64,000 bases of DNA from Candidatus Altimarinota bacterium (lineage in GTDB: Bacteria; Patescibacteriota; Gracilibacteria; 1-14-2-50-48-13), in the NCBI GenBank assembly GCA_046314355.1, contig JBKBWQ010000001.1, positions 736,001 to 800,000 on the forward strand. The letters run 5' to 3'. The notes beneath the pieces are model-generated. The model had not been told where the DNA came from, did not search any database, and saw only the letters and a list, made by a program, of their open reading frames with translations. A program made the translations under genes and the position numbers. Positions 8,886 through 18,473 of the stretch are shown here, in pieces. The stretch's first letter is position 1; each line of letters begins with the position of its first letter.

Positions 8886-10700
8886 TTATCCTTGTGCTTC
8901 CGCTGTATCCTTAAGATACATGATTGGAGGATTCTCCGGCATAATAAATGCATCATCTTTGATTGTAGGAACTACAACCTTTACTTCCTGGGCTGGTGCA
9001 GTACTTCCCGCTGGTGTTGGGAATGTACCTGTAAATACAACTGCAGGAACGAAGAATTCATTTGGTGCTGTATAATAATCATTTCTACTATACTGTCGTA
9101 CAAGTACCTCTGCCTGCTCTGCTCTTGTAAGTGTTACTGTGATGTCAGCAGGTAGAGATGGAGGTGTTACTGTTCCGCCGTCAGCTGCAGGCATTGTAGT
9201 AGCATCCGGGGTACCATAGTAATAGTATGGTACATACGGCATATGGAGACCACCCTTAAGCGCTCCTGCTACGATTTCATTCCAAGATTTTGTATCATAG
9301 TTGGATGCAATTACTTCCTTATTTATCATTCCATTTACTGAATTAACTTTCATAGTAGCTGCGTTGATACCTACTGTGATCGCACTATCATAATATCCCC
9401 ACTCAGACATTACTTTCTTTCCGTCAATCATACGAGGAAAGTTTACAGTGTAATACTGTGGGAATGGATACTCTTCATTGGAGTTGTAAGGAATATAGTT
9501 CTTCCAGCTCATATCGACTTCTCCTGGAGCATATCCCTCGAGACTTACACCTTTCTGTGCAAGGAAATTCTGAGCTAACTGCGCAAGAGCAGCCGCGTTT
9601 GGTTCAGTCTTTAGACCATATACCTCTGGCGTATTCTGGATTGTCATCTTAGTCCAGTCTTCATACATGGAATAGTTTGCATTTGAAAGGTCAAGGTAGT
9701 ACTGATATCCACCTGTTACACCATCAGAGAAACTAATATTATTTACTTCAAGAGAAGAGTTTCCTCCAAAGAATTTAACAAACTCCTTAGGGACAATATC
9801 CTGGAGTTTGGAAGTCATGATCATCTGAACAGACTTTGGTATTGACTTATAAACCGGCATAGAAGCTGGGATATCCGTAAGTGCAGCACCGCTGAATGTA
9901 AATGTAATATTTGTCTGAGGTTCTGGCGCTCGTATCTTATCAATCATGTTTGCACCACTCTCAGTAAGTGGAGCGGAACCATCGACAGAAAGTCCTCCCC
10001 CTGCCCCCATACCACCTCCAGATTGAGATCTCTCAGGATTTTCTCCAAGAGCGATTTTTCCAAAAGCCTGGTTAGGCATAGTATTCAATGCATTTACATA
10101 TGAATAGACAATCTCTGCAGTCTCAGCTCGAGTGAGTTCCTTGTTTGGATTGAAAGAAATACCTGCAGGAATCAAGAATGTAGTAGATGCCCATTTTACT
10201 GCTGGATAAGACCAGTCGCTTGGCTGAACATCATTAAAGGAAATACTCTCTCTACTAGCTGTAAGTTCTGTACCAAGTAATGCGTAATGCATTCTGAAAA
10301 GCATAGTAAGAAACTCTGCCTTTGTTACATTATTACCAAGCTTGATCGTGTTATCACCGTATCCTTTGATAATACCAAAAGATGCTCCAGCTTTTAGATA
10401 TGGAGTATACCAATCCTCACCAGAGATATCAGCAAAGTTAAGCTCAATATCTTTTACCTGAGTCTCTTTAAATACTTGAGATGCTTTTAGAATAAGCTTC
10501 AAAGCTTCAGCACGGTTTAGGTTACTGTCCGGACGGAATAAGTTTGCGTTATTTTGAGAGACAATCTGTTTCTGCATCAAAACTTCTAATTTTGCAGAGA
10601 GACTTGTGTCTACATCTGTAAAAGCTGCAGATGCAAACGGCAGCATACTTGCCTGAATGGCAAAGATGGCAACCCCTGCGATACTTTTTCTATACTTCAT
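8886..10700 (-). CDS. S-layer homology (SLH) domain surface protein
   Basis: Signal peptide; FRPDSNLNRAEALK, VTKAEF, LTRAETA SLH motifs; unknown C-terminal domain. Confidence 0.85.
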   Translation of the reverse strand: MKYRKSIAGVAIFAIQASMLPFASAAFTDVDTSLSAKLEVLMQKQIVSQNNANLFRPDSNLNRAEALKLILKASQVFKETQVKDIELNFADISGEDWYTPYLKAGASFGIIKGYGDNTIKLGNNVTKAEFLTMLFRMHYALLGTELTASRESISFNDVQPSDWSYPAVKWASTTFLIPAGISFNPNKELTRAETAEIVYSYVNALNTMPNQAFGKIALGENPERSQSGGGMGAGGGLSVDGSAPLTESGANMIDKIRAPEPQTNITFTFSGAALTDIPASMPVYKSIPKSVQMIMTSKLQDIVPKEFVKFFGGNSSLEVNNISFSDGVTGGYQYYLDLSNANYSMYEDWTKMTIQNTPEVYGLKTEPNAAALAQLAQNFLAQKGVSLEGYAPGEVDMSWKNYIPYNSNEEYPFPQYYTVNFPRMIDGKKVMSEWGYYDSAITVGINAATMKVNSVNGMINKEVIASNYDTKSWNEIVAGALKGGLHMPYVPYYYYGTPDATTMPAADGGTVTPPSLPADITVTLTRAEQAEVLVRQYSRNDYYTAPNEFFVPAVVFTGTFPTPAGSTAPAQEVKVVVPTIKDDAFIMPENPPIMYLKDTAEAQG

Positions 10701-10764
10701 ATCGATATAAGTTAAGTGGATAGATTACACTTAAAAATACACCATTTCCAATAAATTTGCAACG

Positions 10765-11238
10765 TTATGGACGTGCACATCTTAGACATATATGCCTAAT
10801 CCTATAATCCATAAATACCACTGCTCCTAAAAGACAAAGAAGACTAAGTCCCTGCAGCACTCCAATATATGGAGATAAAAATTGGAGATTCACTGCAAGA
10901 CCAAAAAATACTAATATGCCAAGATTGCACACTGGACATAAAAGTACGAGAATACTGAGTACAAGCCCGACGCCTGAGAGAGATGCTTCCCTTTTAAGTA
11001 CTGTTTCCTTTGCCTCACCTATAAGATATGCAAACCCAGTGAGTATTAATGCAAATAAACATCCTGCACTACCGGCAAAAATAATATCTGTCGTACTGGG
11101 AGAGAGTGCCTGCATACTTTTAATATGTAAAAACGGCAGCTCAAATGCTCCTATTTGCCATAAAAGCACTACTTCCATACAGCACAGAAGCAGAAAGAAC
11201 AACATCAGAAACCTTGGATTTTTTAAAATTGAAAACAT
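10765..11238 (-). CDS. Membrane protein with CPVC and C-terminal CxxC motifs
   Basis: Four to five TM segments, CPVC, ICLRC. Confidence 0.65.
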   Translation of the reverse strand: MFSILKNPRFLMLFFLLLCCMEVVLLWQIGAFELPFLHIKSMQALSPSTTDIIFAGSAGCLFALILTGFAYLIGEAKETVLKREASLSGVGLVLSILVLLCPVCNLGILVFFGLAVNLQFLSPYIGVLQGLSLLCLLGAVVFMDYRIRHICLRCARP

Positions 11239-11241
11239 ATA

Positions 11242-11373
11242 CTACTGAATGATAAAGCTATTCTCCGGCATAATACATGCACTCGGAGCAGAAAATCCGA
11301 ACTGTAACACATAAAGTACAGCAAAAAGCAGTATAGGAAAAAGAAGTACTAGAAATATATGCTTATTTTTCAT
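11242..11373 (-). CDS. Small 43-aa single-TM protein not in the ORF track
   Basis: MKNKHIFLVLLFPILLFAVLYVLQFGFSAPSACIMPENSFIIQ*; fills the gap between neighbouring minus-strand genes. Confidence 0.55.
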   Translation of the reverse strand: MKNKHIFLVLLFPILLFAVLYVLQFGFSAPSACIMPENSFIIQ

Positions 11374-11611
11374 GTGTGTCATCTGTAGGACTAGTATTGA
11401 GCTTATATACCCAATGAAGTAGAGAGCATCCTACGAATGCTTCAAGCACCATAGAATAACTTGCCACAAGTATACTCCAAAATATAAATGGAGGTATATA
11501 GTCGATCAAGAAAAGAACAATAGTATTAATTGCAATACCAGTTCCAGCTCTAATAGCTCTACTTTTCCAGCCTATTCGACAGGCAATGAATCTATTAAAA
11601 TATCGTATCAT
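11363..11611 (-). CDS. Small membrane protein, DUF2892/YgaP-like
   Basis: IGWKSRAIR..G, two TM segments, EAFVGCSLL. Confidence 0.55.
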   Translation of the reverse strand: MIRYFNRFIACRIGWKSRAIRAGTGIAINTIVLFLIDYIPPFIFWSILVASYSMVLEAFVGCSLLHWVYKLNTSPTDDTHEK

Positions 11612-11682
11612 TGTAATTGTTAGCTCTAACTTTAGAATTATACCATATTTTCCTAGCTATTTGGATAATTTTCATAATTCTC

Positions 11683-11713
11683 TTTACCCTCACGTTAGGT
11701 AAGACTATATAGT
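11683..11713 (+). promoter_or_regulatory. MerR-type promoter with 19-bp spacer
   Basis: TTTACC-N19-TATAGT with dyad TTACC...GGTAA spanning -35 and spacer, directly upstream of the MerR gene. Confidence 0.6.
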
Positions 11714-11744
11714 CCTTACGTAGCTACATTTTACACACTTTATT

Positions 11745-12467
11745 ATGGAAAGCTGGAATATTGGTACCCTCGCAAAAATACTTGGGATCTCGGTACGTAC
11801 TCTTCATCACTATGAACAGATCGGTCTTCTCTCCTCTACCAAACGCGGACAGAATAATTACCGAATTTATAACAAAGAGAATCTTGCCGAGCTCCAGAAG
11901 ATTATATGTCTTAAATACCTTGGCTATAGTCTTAAAGATATAAAAAGTATGCTGCAGGATACCCGTCATACTCCTCTTGCCATAATAGATACTTCCTTGG
12001 AGAAAGTAGAGAAAGAGATCAGCGTACGGAAAGAGCTGTCTTTAAAGCTCTCACATCTCAAACGGTTTATGCAGCAGCATCAAGATATTTCTCCGGAAGA
12101 GTTTATCTCATTTATTTATTTTATGAATACTATGCAGGATCATTACACAGAAGAAGAAATGGACTTCTTTGAAAAGCGCAGAAAGGAAGTAGGAGAAGAA
12201 CGCATCAAAGAGGTTGAAAATGCGTGGCCAATACTCATACAAAAAGTCAAAGATGCTATGAAGAAAGGTCTAGATCCGAAGGATCCTTATGTGCAGACAC
12301 TAGCTACGCAGTGGAAAGGACTTGTTGCGGAATTTACAGGCGGCAATATACAGATAGAGAACAAAGTTAAAAATCTCTATGAAAAAAGCTATGAGCAGAA
12401 TACTCAAGTGTATGAAGGTGCCCCTACGAAGGAGATGATGGAATTTATCGGGAAAGCGATGCAGTAA
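11745..12467 (+). CDS. MerR-family transcriptional regulator with TipAS-like C-terminus
   Basis: IGTLAKILGISVRTLHHYEQIGLL, NNYRIY; GLDPKDPYVQTLATQW. Confidence 0.9.
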   Translation: MESWNIGTLAKILGISVRTLHHYEQIGLLSSTKRGQNNYRIYNKENLAELQKIICLKYLGYSLKDIKSMLQDTRHTPLAIIDTSLEKVEKEISVRKELSLKLSHLKRFMQQHQDISPEEFISFIYFMNTMQDHYTEEEMDFFEKRRKEVGEERIKEVENAWPILIQKVKDAMKKGLDPKDPYVQTLATQWKGLVAEFTGGNIQIENKVKNLYEKSYEQNTQVYEGAPTKEMMEFIGKAMQ

Positions 12468-12517
12468 GAAGTTTATGAAAGACTCTTTAGAATTCTAAAG
12501 AGTCTTTCATAAACTTC
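12468..12517. terminator. 50-bp perfect palindrome between convergent genes (probable bidirectional terminator)
   Basis: GAAGTTTATGAAAGACTCTTTAGAA|TTCTAAAGAGTCTTTCATAAACTTC. Confidence 0.65.
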
Positions 12518-12549
12518 ACTATAACAAATTGAAGTGGTGAATATTACAT

Positions 12550-13020
12550 TTATTTATTACTTTTTCTTGAATGATACAAAATATAAAGAAATACTATTAT
12601 TAAAATATCACATAATATGACTATTAATAATGAGCATATTTGACCTAGAACAAGATAATAACTTAAGACCCAAACTATAGTAAAAATTCCAAAGTTATAG
12701 AAATATGCTTCTCTTCCTTCTAGAATGTGCTTTTCTCGTTTAGGTAATTTTTCATTACCAAGTATTGCTTTTAGAAATATATTAAGACCAGCACTTAACA
12801 TTACTAAATAGTGCCAGAGTACAATTGGTAATAAATTCAAGATAGCAATCAATATTAATCTCAATTTTTCTGCTGGAATAGGAAGTAATGCATTATTAAG
12901 CGATGCAAGTCCAGTAAGACCAGCAAGCAAGCTTATTGAAATAATAATAGTCCTATTTCTTTCTGACATTAGCTCAAATATCTTATCTAAAAAAATTTCA
13001 CTTCTTTTATTATCAGCCAT
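12550..13020 (-). CDS. Hypothetical membrane protein (very AT-rich)
   Basis: 156-aa ORF with about four TM segments. Confidence 0.6.
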   Translation of the reverse strand: MADNKRSEIFLDKIFELMSERNRTIIISISLLAGLTGLASLNNALLPIPAEKLRLILIAILNLLPIVLWHYLVMLSAGLNIFLKAILGNEKLPKREKHILEGREAYFYNFGIFTIVWVLSYYLVLGQICSLLIVILCDILIIVFLYILYHSRKSNK

Positions 13021-13060
13021 AGAGATTATTAAGTATAAAAAAAGTTGTTTCTAATTACTC

Positions 13061-13573
13061 TTATACATGTACTAATTCTTTAAAAGCAACAATAAGAGAC
13101 ACAAGCAGAATATTCAGCGCCCCCACCTTCAATGCGCCAAGTCTTGTTCGACCACTCCTTCTTCCATAGAGATATCCATATTCGAACAAGAGTATAAAAG
13201 AAGCAACCTTTGCGATCATAAATGCTGTCGAAAGTGTCCAAAGACCTAACCCTGCAGCAACAAAAGCAAACAACGGTATAGATGACCCACCGAATACATA
13301 TAAACTTTCCTTAAATATTTTATGACGTTCATGATCTTGAATAGGCGTTTTTTTATCAATATGTACACCTATTGATTCGGTATATGCTTCAGCAATGCTT
13401 ATAGAAAATAAGGTCGCAACAATCGAAAGAGCGACCGCCCAAGCACTCGCACTACTATTTTCAAGTGCTGCGAGAAGAGCCATCGTGATAATAATACCGT
13501 ACATAGAACGGGAGATGACACGACCGATGAGAGTAGGTTGCATAAGTGGTATTGAAATTGTAGTTAAAACCAT
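13061..13573 (-). CDS. Membrane protein, VIT1/CCC1-like
   Basis: Five TM segments; YG.I, AEAY, GYLYGRRSG pattern. Confidence 0.55.
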   Translation of the reverse strand: MVLTTISIPLMQPTLIGRVISRSMYGIIITMALLAALENSSASAWAVALSIVATLFSISIAEAYTESIGVHIDKKTPIQDHERHKIFKESLYVFGGSSIPLFAFVAAGLGLWTLSTAFMIAKVASFILLFEYGYLYGRRSGRTRLGALKVGALNILLVSLIVAFKELVHV

Positions 13574-13610
13574 TTTATACTGTTCAGATGATCAGCCAAG
13601 ATAATCATTT

Positions 13611-13964
13611 CTACTTTCTTAAAAGTAGTTCTTTAATGAGTACTGAAAGCAATCTGGAAACTTGCTCTAAACTATTTTTTAAATATGATATCTGCTCAAT
13701 CGAAACAATACTTGTATCTTGAATAAGATCTAGAAGACTTGCACATTCGTAAGTAGAGCCGCGAGCAATAACATAAAAGTTTTTTCTATCATTCGGAGAT
13801 AATTTTCCAGTACCTTCAGCAATATTAATCACCATGCTTACTAATGCTCTTTGAAGTTGATCACGTATAATTGGCGTAAGCTTATAAAAAGGGATCTTAT
13901 TTTGAATAACTTGATAGGTTTCTCTCGCCTTCTTATATGCAATAAGTTTCTCAAAATCAAACAT
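13611..13964 (-). CDS. Four helix bundle protein (23S rRNA IVS/bAvd-like family)
   Basis: FEKLIAYKKA, DQLQRALVSMVINIAEG, FYVIARGSTYEC. Confidence 0.92.
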   Translation of the reverse strand: MFDFEKLIAYKKARETYQVIQNKIPFYKLTPIIRDQLQRALVSMVINIAEGTGKLSPNDRKNFYVIARGSTYECASLLDLIQDTSIVSIEQISYLKNSLEQVSRLLSVLIKELLLRK

Positions 13965-14072
13965 AGCATCAAATATAATTTATATTAAAACTATGCTCCC
14001 ACTTTTTTATGAGACAAATATATTATTCAACTACTGTTCGTAAAAAATAACTACAAGTGTAAAACTTGATTC

Positions 14073-14113
14073 TACTAGTGACTAGATTCTAGTGACAGTC
14101 ACTAGTTACTAGT
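14073..14113. repeat. CTAGT(G/T)A-type short repeat cluster between tRNA-Pro and four helix bundle gene
   Basis: CTACTAGTGACTAGATTCTAGTGACAGTCACTAGTTACTAGT. Confidence 0.65.
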
Positions 14114-14127
14114 CCAGCTTCGCTGGA

Positions 14128-14203
14128 TGGTCGGGAAGACAGGACTCGAACCTGCAGCCCCGTGGTCCCAAACCACGTGCGCTACCAATTGCGCTACTTC
14201 CCG
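14128..14203 (-). tRNA. tRNA-Pro(TGG)
   Basis: CGGGAAG...TT-TGG-GA anticodon loop...GGTTCGAGTCC...CTTCCCGACCA; 76 nt with encoded CCA. Confidence 0.97.
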
Positions 14204-14384
14204 AGAAATCTGTAACGTACAGACGTTGCGTATAGTAGCGAGCTTTAAGAAAGAAATCAAGGTGATTTCAGTGTTTTTTCAAAAAGCCGTACTTCCCCGC
14301 TCTATTATTATTTTCAAAAATAGAAATTTGACTGTTTATTTTTTTAAGGTTAAGATAGTTAATCTACTTTTTAAAACAATCTCT

Positions 14385-14879
14385 ATGGATGCAATTACAC
14401 TTCTCAAAGCAGATCACGATAAGGTAGCTGATCTTCTCGATAAGGCAGATAAGACTACAGAAAATGGTGTAAAAACCCGAGAGGAACTTTTTTTGAAGAT
14501 TATCCAGGAACTTACACTTCATGCAAAAGTAGAAGAGGATATACTCTATCCAAAACTACTCAAGATAAAAGAAATGGAGGATCTTTCGAGAGAAGCAACA
14601 GAAGAACATCATGAAGTAAAATTCATGCTGAAAGAACTCGATGAACTTCCAAAAGATCATCCTCAATGGGGAGCAAAACTTACTGTGCTGAAAGAAAATA
14701 TCACTCATCATGTAAAGGAAGAGGAGAAAGAAATGTTTCCGCAGATGAAATCTTACTTCTCAAAGGAGCAGCTTGAAGAAATGGGAGCTGCCATGGAAGA
14801 GGAAAAGAAAATGCTAAAACCGCGGGTGGAGGAAGAAATCGAAGTAATGAAGCAGCAGGCAATGACAAAAGCAGAATAA
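14385..14879 (+). CDS. Hemerythrin/HHE cation-binding domain protein
   Basis: MDAITLLKADH, HAKVEEDILYP, EEHHEV, HHVKEEEKEMF; the track's upstream extension overlaps the tRNA. Confidence 0.9.
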   Translation: MDAITLLKADHDKVADLLDKADKTTENGVKTREELFLKIIQELTLHAKVEEDILYPKLLKIKEMEDLSREATEEHHEVKFMLKELDELPKDHPQWGAKLTVLKENITHHVKEEEKEMFPQMKSYFSKEQLEEMGAAMEEEKKMLKPRVEEEIEVMKQQAMTKAE

Positions 14880-14931
14880 TGCGATTTTAAAAAAGAGATA
14901 CACCTGATGGTGTATCTCTTTTTTATACAGC

Positions 14932-16833
14932 TTATTTTATTAACGGTCCGCTTTCCACAGCCTCAAAAGCACTTCCTGGAACCTCCTTTAACTGCTCGAG
15001 ATCCTCATCGTTCCATCTAGAATCCGTAGCTCCCGAGATAAACCAGTCAGATCCGTTATCTGCGACGATCATGCCATAGGTCTTTAATGCTTCAAGAATT
15101 ACTTTTGTATCCCCAGTATAGCTAGAGATATCGAAGTCAGCTTTTAATCTTAGACGAAGTCCCATCGGAGGTAGATTTGCATCCGTAGAACTGCTCGCAA
15201 AATGAGTAGCTGGGTGTATAAAAGCTTTCTGAGTTTTACTTACTGTGAATCTCAGTGCATGAGTTATCTTTCCTGATTTCACTTCATCATATTTTACAAG
15301 TCCTGGAAAAATAGGAAGTCCTGCAGCATCTGCGGAAGTCCAATAGTCAGGTCTTAATATATTGGAAGCTAAATCAAAGATCGCAGCAGAATCAGCATTC
15401 CAGCCGGTAGATGTCTTCTCAGCTCCATAGAGCTCGTAGAGTTTGCAGTTATCTTTATCTGCCACGAGTACATGATGATCACTTCCCGCTTCTACTTTCT
15501 GATTATCTGGAATAGGATAAGAACCAAGATCACTTTCATCAGCATAAGAGACGACATTGATAGGTACTTTTTTCTGACTACTGTCTACAATGCTGTATGG
15601 AATACCGTAGTCAGGATTAGATCCAAAGTCAGGATGAAGCTTGGTTTTACCTTTTAAGATACTTGCAATATAGTTTGCAGAATTTACATGAATGGGATCC
15701 TTTGAGATATCCCGGTTCCAAGGATTATCTGATGGAAAGACACTACATGTAGAAGAAAGTTTTGTAGAACTTAATCCTCCACCTGGATTAGTAGTATTTT
15801 GATTCGTATTTGCTGGAGGTAATACGGGAGCATTCCATCCAAATACGGTAGCAATAATCTTAGCAGCCTCTGCACGTGTAATAGAATCTCCAGGTAGAAA
15901 CTTTCCACTCTGTTTTCCTGATACAAATCCCTTCACATAAGCAAAGGCGATATATTTCTGATACCAGCTTGAGATATCTACATCATTAAAGAATTTAGTC
16001 TGATCATTTCCAATAAGCTCTTCAGAGAATCTTGCACGTAGAATCATCTTTAATCCTTCTGCTCTATTCATATTTATAAAAGGTCTGAACGTCCCGTCAG
16101 CGTACCCCTGAACCCACCCTGCTTTGAGAGCAATAGATAGTGCCTCCTCATACCAGCTTCCCTGCTCTACATCAGAAAATTGTACATCCTGATTCTCAGG
16201 TGACAGTTCAGAACAATCTGAGAGCATCTTTAAAAGTTCCGCACGTTTTATCGGTTCATCAGGTTTGAATATTCCGAGCAATCTTCCCATACTGTCTTTA
16301 TAGCCTAATACACCGCAGTGTGTAGCGAGTGACGTTATATATGACTTTGCCCAATGAGTCTCAGTATCTTTAAAAGTAAATTCAGCAGCATTTAAGGATG
16401 GTGTTACTGCAGTGACTCCGCGTACTACTTTCTCAGTTGGACTACAGTAGGTATGTGCTCCTGCATAAGTACAGATTCGGTAATATAGTGTGCTGTCTGG
16501 TATATCGTCATCTTCATAAGTAAGATCACTTTTATTTGTCGTAAAATAAATGTAGTCATCCTCTGGATACATCGGTTCTGCATTTTTTTCGGAACGGACG
16601 ATTTGATAATATTCGAACTCATCAGGAGATATACGGATCCATTTGAGATCAACGTTGCCGTCGGCATTAAAGTTAGCTGTAAGATTAAAGTCTTGGATAA
16701 TCTCTGGAGTAGGAAGCTCATCTGAAGCTGTCACAGGTACCATTGTCTGAAGTGCACATATTCCAATACATGTTGTGGCTATCAGTTTTTTCAAAAGTAA
16801 ACGGGTGTCTTCGGAGATCTGACACGTATCCAT
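14932..16833 (-). CDS. SLH-domain surface protein with conserved uncharacterised C-terminal domain
   Basis: FKPDEPIKRAE, GTFRPFINMNRAE, ITRAEAAKI; C-terminal FPSDNPWN...WTSADAAGLP...HALRFT. Confidence 0.85.
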   Translation of the reverse strand: MDTCQISEDTRLLLKKLIATTCIGICALQTMVPVTASDELPTPEIIQDFNLTANFNADGNVDLKWIRISPDEFEYYQIVRSEKNAEPMYPEDDYIYFTTNKSDLTYEDDDIPDSTLYYRICTYAGAHTYCSPTEKVVRGVTAVTPSLNAAEFTFKDTETHWAKSYITSLATHCGVLGYKDSMGRLLGIFKPDEPIKRAELLKMLSDCSELSPENQDVQFSDVEQGSWYEEALSIALKAGWVQGYADGTFRPFINMNRAEGLKMILRARFSEELIGNDQTKFFNDVDISSWYQKYIAFAYVKGFVSGKQSGKFLPGDSITRAEAAKIIATVFGWNAPVLPPANTNQNTTNPGGGLSSTKLSSTCSVFPSDNPWNRDISKDPIHVNSANYIASILKGKTKLHPDFGSNPDYGIPYSIVDSSQKKVPINVVSYADESDLGSYPIPDNQKVEAGSDHHVLVADKDNCKLYELYGAEKTSTGWNADSAAIFDLASNILRPDYWTSADAAGLPIFPGLVKYDEVKSGKITHALRFTVSKTQKAFIHPATHFASSSTDANLPPMGLRLRLKADFDISSYTGDTKVILEALKTYGMIVADNGSDWFISGATDSRWNDEDLEQLKEVPGSAFEAVESGPLIK

Positions 16834-16986
16834 AAAGTGTGGGAAAAAGGATCATAATTACTCTGTAGTATACTTCAAGACCATGACTAGTAAATACTTT
16901 CAAGGGTGAGAGCCAATTTTTTACTTGTCGAAAATGAAAAATACGGGTACTGTGAAGTTTGGTTTTAACCTATTACCCCATTGTAT

Positions 16987-17322
16987 ATGGATATTATCGT
17001 ATCACTTCTCATCACAGCGGTAGCAGTAATGGTCACAGCCTACATTCTTCCAGGTGTAGCAGTCAGTAATTTTTGGTCAGCATTAGGAGTAGCTGTTGTT
17101 CTTGCACTTTTAAATGCATTTGTAAGACCAATCCTAACAGCTCTTACTCTTCCTATTAATGTTCTCACTCTTGGTCTCTTCACGTTAGTGATCAACGCAG
17201 TCATCATCTTGATTGCAGATAGAATCATTGATGGATTTAAAGTTGATAATTTCTTGATAGCAGTTGTGTTCGCTATCATCCTTTCTGTTATCAATTCTAT
17301 ACTGTTCTCTATTGCATTCTAA
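16987..17322 (+). CDS. Phage holin superfamily IV (YvlD-like) membrane protein
   Basis: LLNAFVRPIL..LTLPINVLTLGLFTLVINA. Confidence 0.88.
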   Translation: MDIIVSLLITAVAVMVTAYILPGVAVSNFWSALGVAVVLALLNAFVRPILTALTLPINVLTLGLFTLVINAVIILIADRIIDGFKVDNFLIAVVFAIILSVINSILFSIAF

Positions 17323-17437
17323 TCAATGCATTGAAAAACCTCTCCCAGAGTAATCTGCGGGGAGGTTTTTTATACTTCTGTTGTTTTTTTAAAGCAAACT
17401 TCTACACTGTACTATACCCTTAGCTTTTTTATTATTT

Positions 17438-18388
17438 ATGGAATTCCTTCTCTACATTCTGCCAATGGCAGTCACTGTTTTTGGACTTTGTCTCTTTGAG
17501 ACGATCAGCAGTATTGATAATGCTGTTATAAATGCAGAAGTACTGACAACAATGTCAGAAAAAGCACGAAGATGGTTCCTTGTTTGGGGACTTTTCTTCG
17601 CAGTATTTGTAGTCCGAGGTCTTCTCCCTTGGGCAATTGTATGGGCGGCTCTCCCTCAGCTAGGACCTATTGGTGCTTTGACTGCAACCTTTAGTGATGA
17701 TCCAAATGTTATTACAGCCATAGAAACTGCAGCTCCTATCCTTCTTGCTGGAGGTGGAGTATTTCTAGTGTTTCTTTTCTTTCACTGGTTATTTCTCGAA
17801 GACAAACACTTCGGATTACCTGGAGAAAAATTCTTTGCTCGTCAGGGAGTCTGGTTCTTCGCAGTAGTATCACTTATCCTAGCCACAGTGGTATGGTACG
17901 CTCAAGCTATCAATCCTCTTATGGCCTTCGGTGCTGTAGTGGGATCCACAGCCTTCTTTATTACACACGGATTTAAAGAGAATGCGGAAGCAAGTGAAAA
18001 GGTACTAATGAATAAGAACAATGGCATGTCGGATTTGAGCAAAATACTCTATCTTGAAGTCATCGATGCTACATTTTCCATCGACGGTGTACTTGGAGCA
18101 TTCGCGTTTACACTCTCCGTTCCGCTCATTCTTTTAGGTAATAGTCTTGGTGCCTTTGTGGTGCGAGAGCTTACTATTAGAAATGTTGAAACTATCAAGA
18201 AATATAAGTATCTCAAGAACGGAGCAATGTATTCTATCCTTGTACTTGGATCTGTAATGCTCGCCCATGCATTTGGAGTACATATACCTGAGTGGTTTTC
18301 ACCATTAGTAACTACAGTCATTGTAGGATATTTCTTCTGGTACTCAAAAAAGCAGATTGCGATGGAAGCAATCCCAGCGCTTAAGTAG
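17438..18388 (+). CDS. DUF475 / TerC-like membrane protein
   Basis: SIDNAVINA, LYLEVIDATFSIDGVLGAFA, YLKNGAMYSI. Confidence 0.88.
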   Translation: MEFLLYILPMAVTVFGLCLFETISSIDNAVINAEVLTTMSEKARRWFLVWGLFFAVFVVRGLLPWAIVWAALPQLGPIGALTATFSDDPNVITAIETAAPILLAGGGVFLVFLFFHWLFLEDKHFGLPGEKFFARQGVWFFAVVSLILATVVWYAQAINPLMAFGAVVGSTAFFITHGFKENAEASEKVLMNKNNGMSDLSKILYLEVIDATFSIDGVLGAFAFTLSVPLILLGNSLGAFVVRELTIRNVETIKKYKYLKNGAMYSILVLGSVMLAHAFGVHIPEWFSPLVTTVIVGYFFWYSKKQIAMEAIPALK

Positions 18389-18473
18389 TTCACACATTAC
18401 CCTTTGAAATACTAACTATGGATATCAGTATAAAGTACATCTTTGCCCCTGATATCCATTTTCTTATCCCACT

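Noticed and set aside
13611-13964. Diversity-generating retroelement (Avd-like gene)
   Set aside because: No reverse transcriptase and no TR/VR pair seen in the window
14127-14384. N-terminal extension of the hemerythrin ORF
   Set aside because: Antisense to tRNA-Pro and spans promoter DNA; real start is ATG 14385
16987-17322. Prophage suggested by a holin-family gene
   Set aside because: YvlD-like proteins are common chromosomal genes; no integrase, capsid, terminase or lysin nearby
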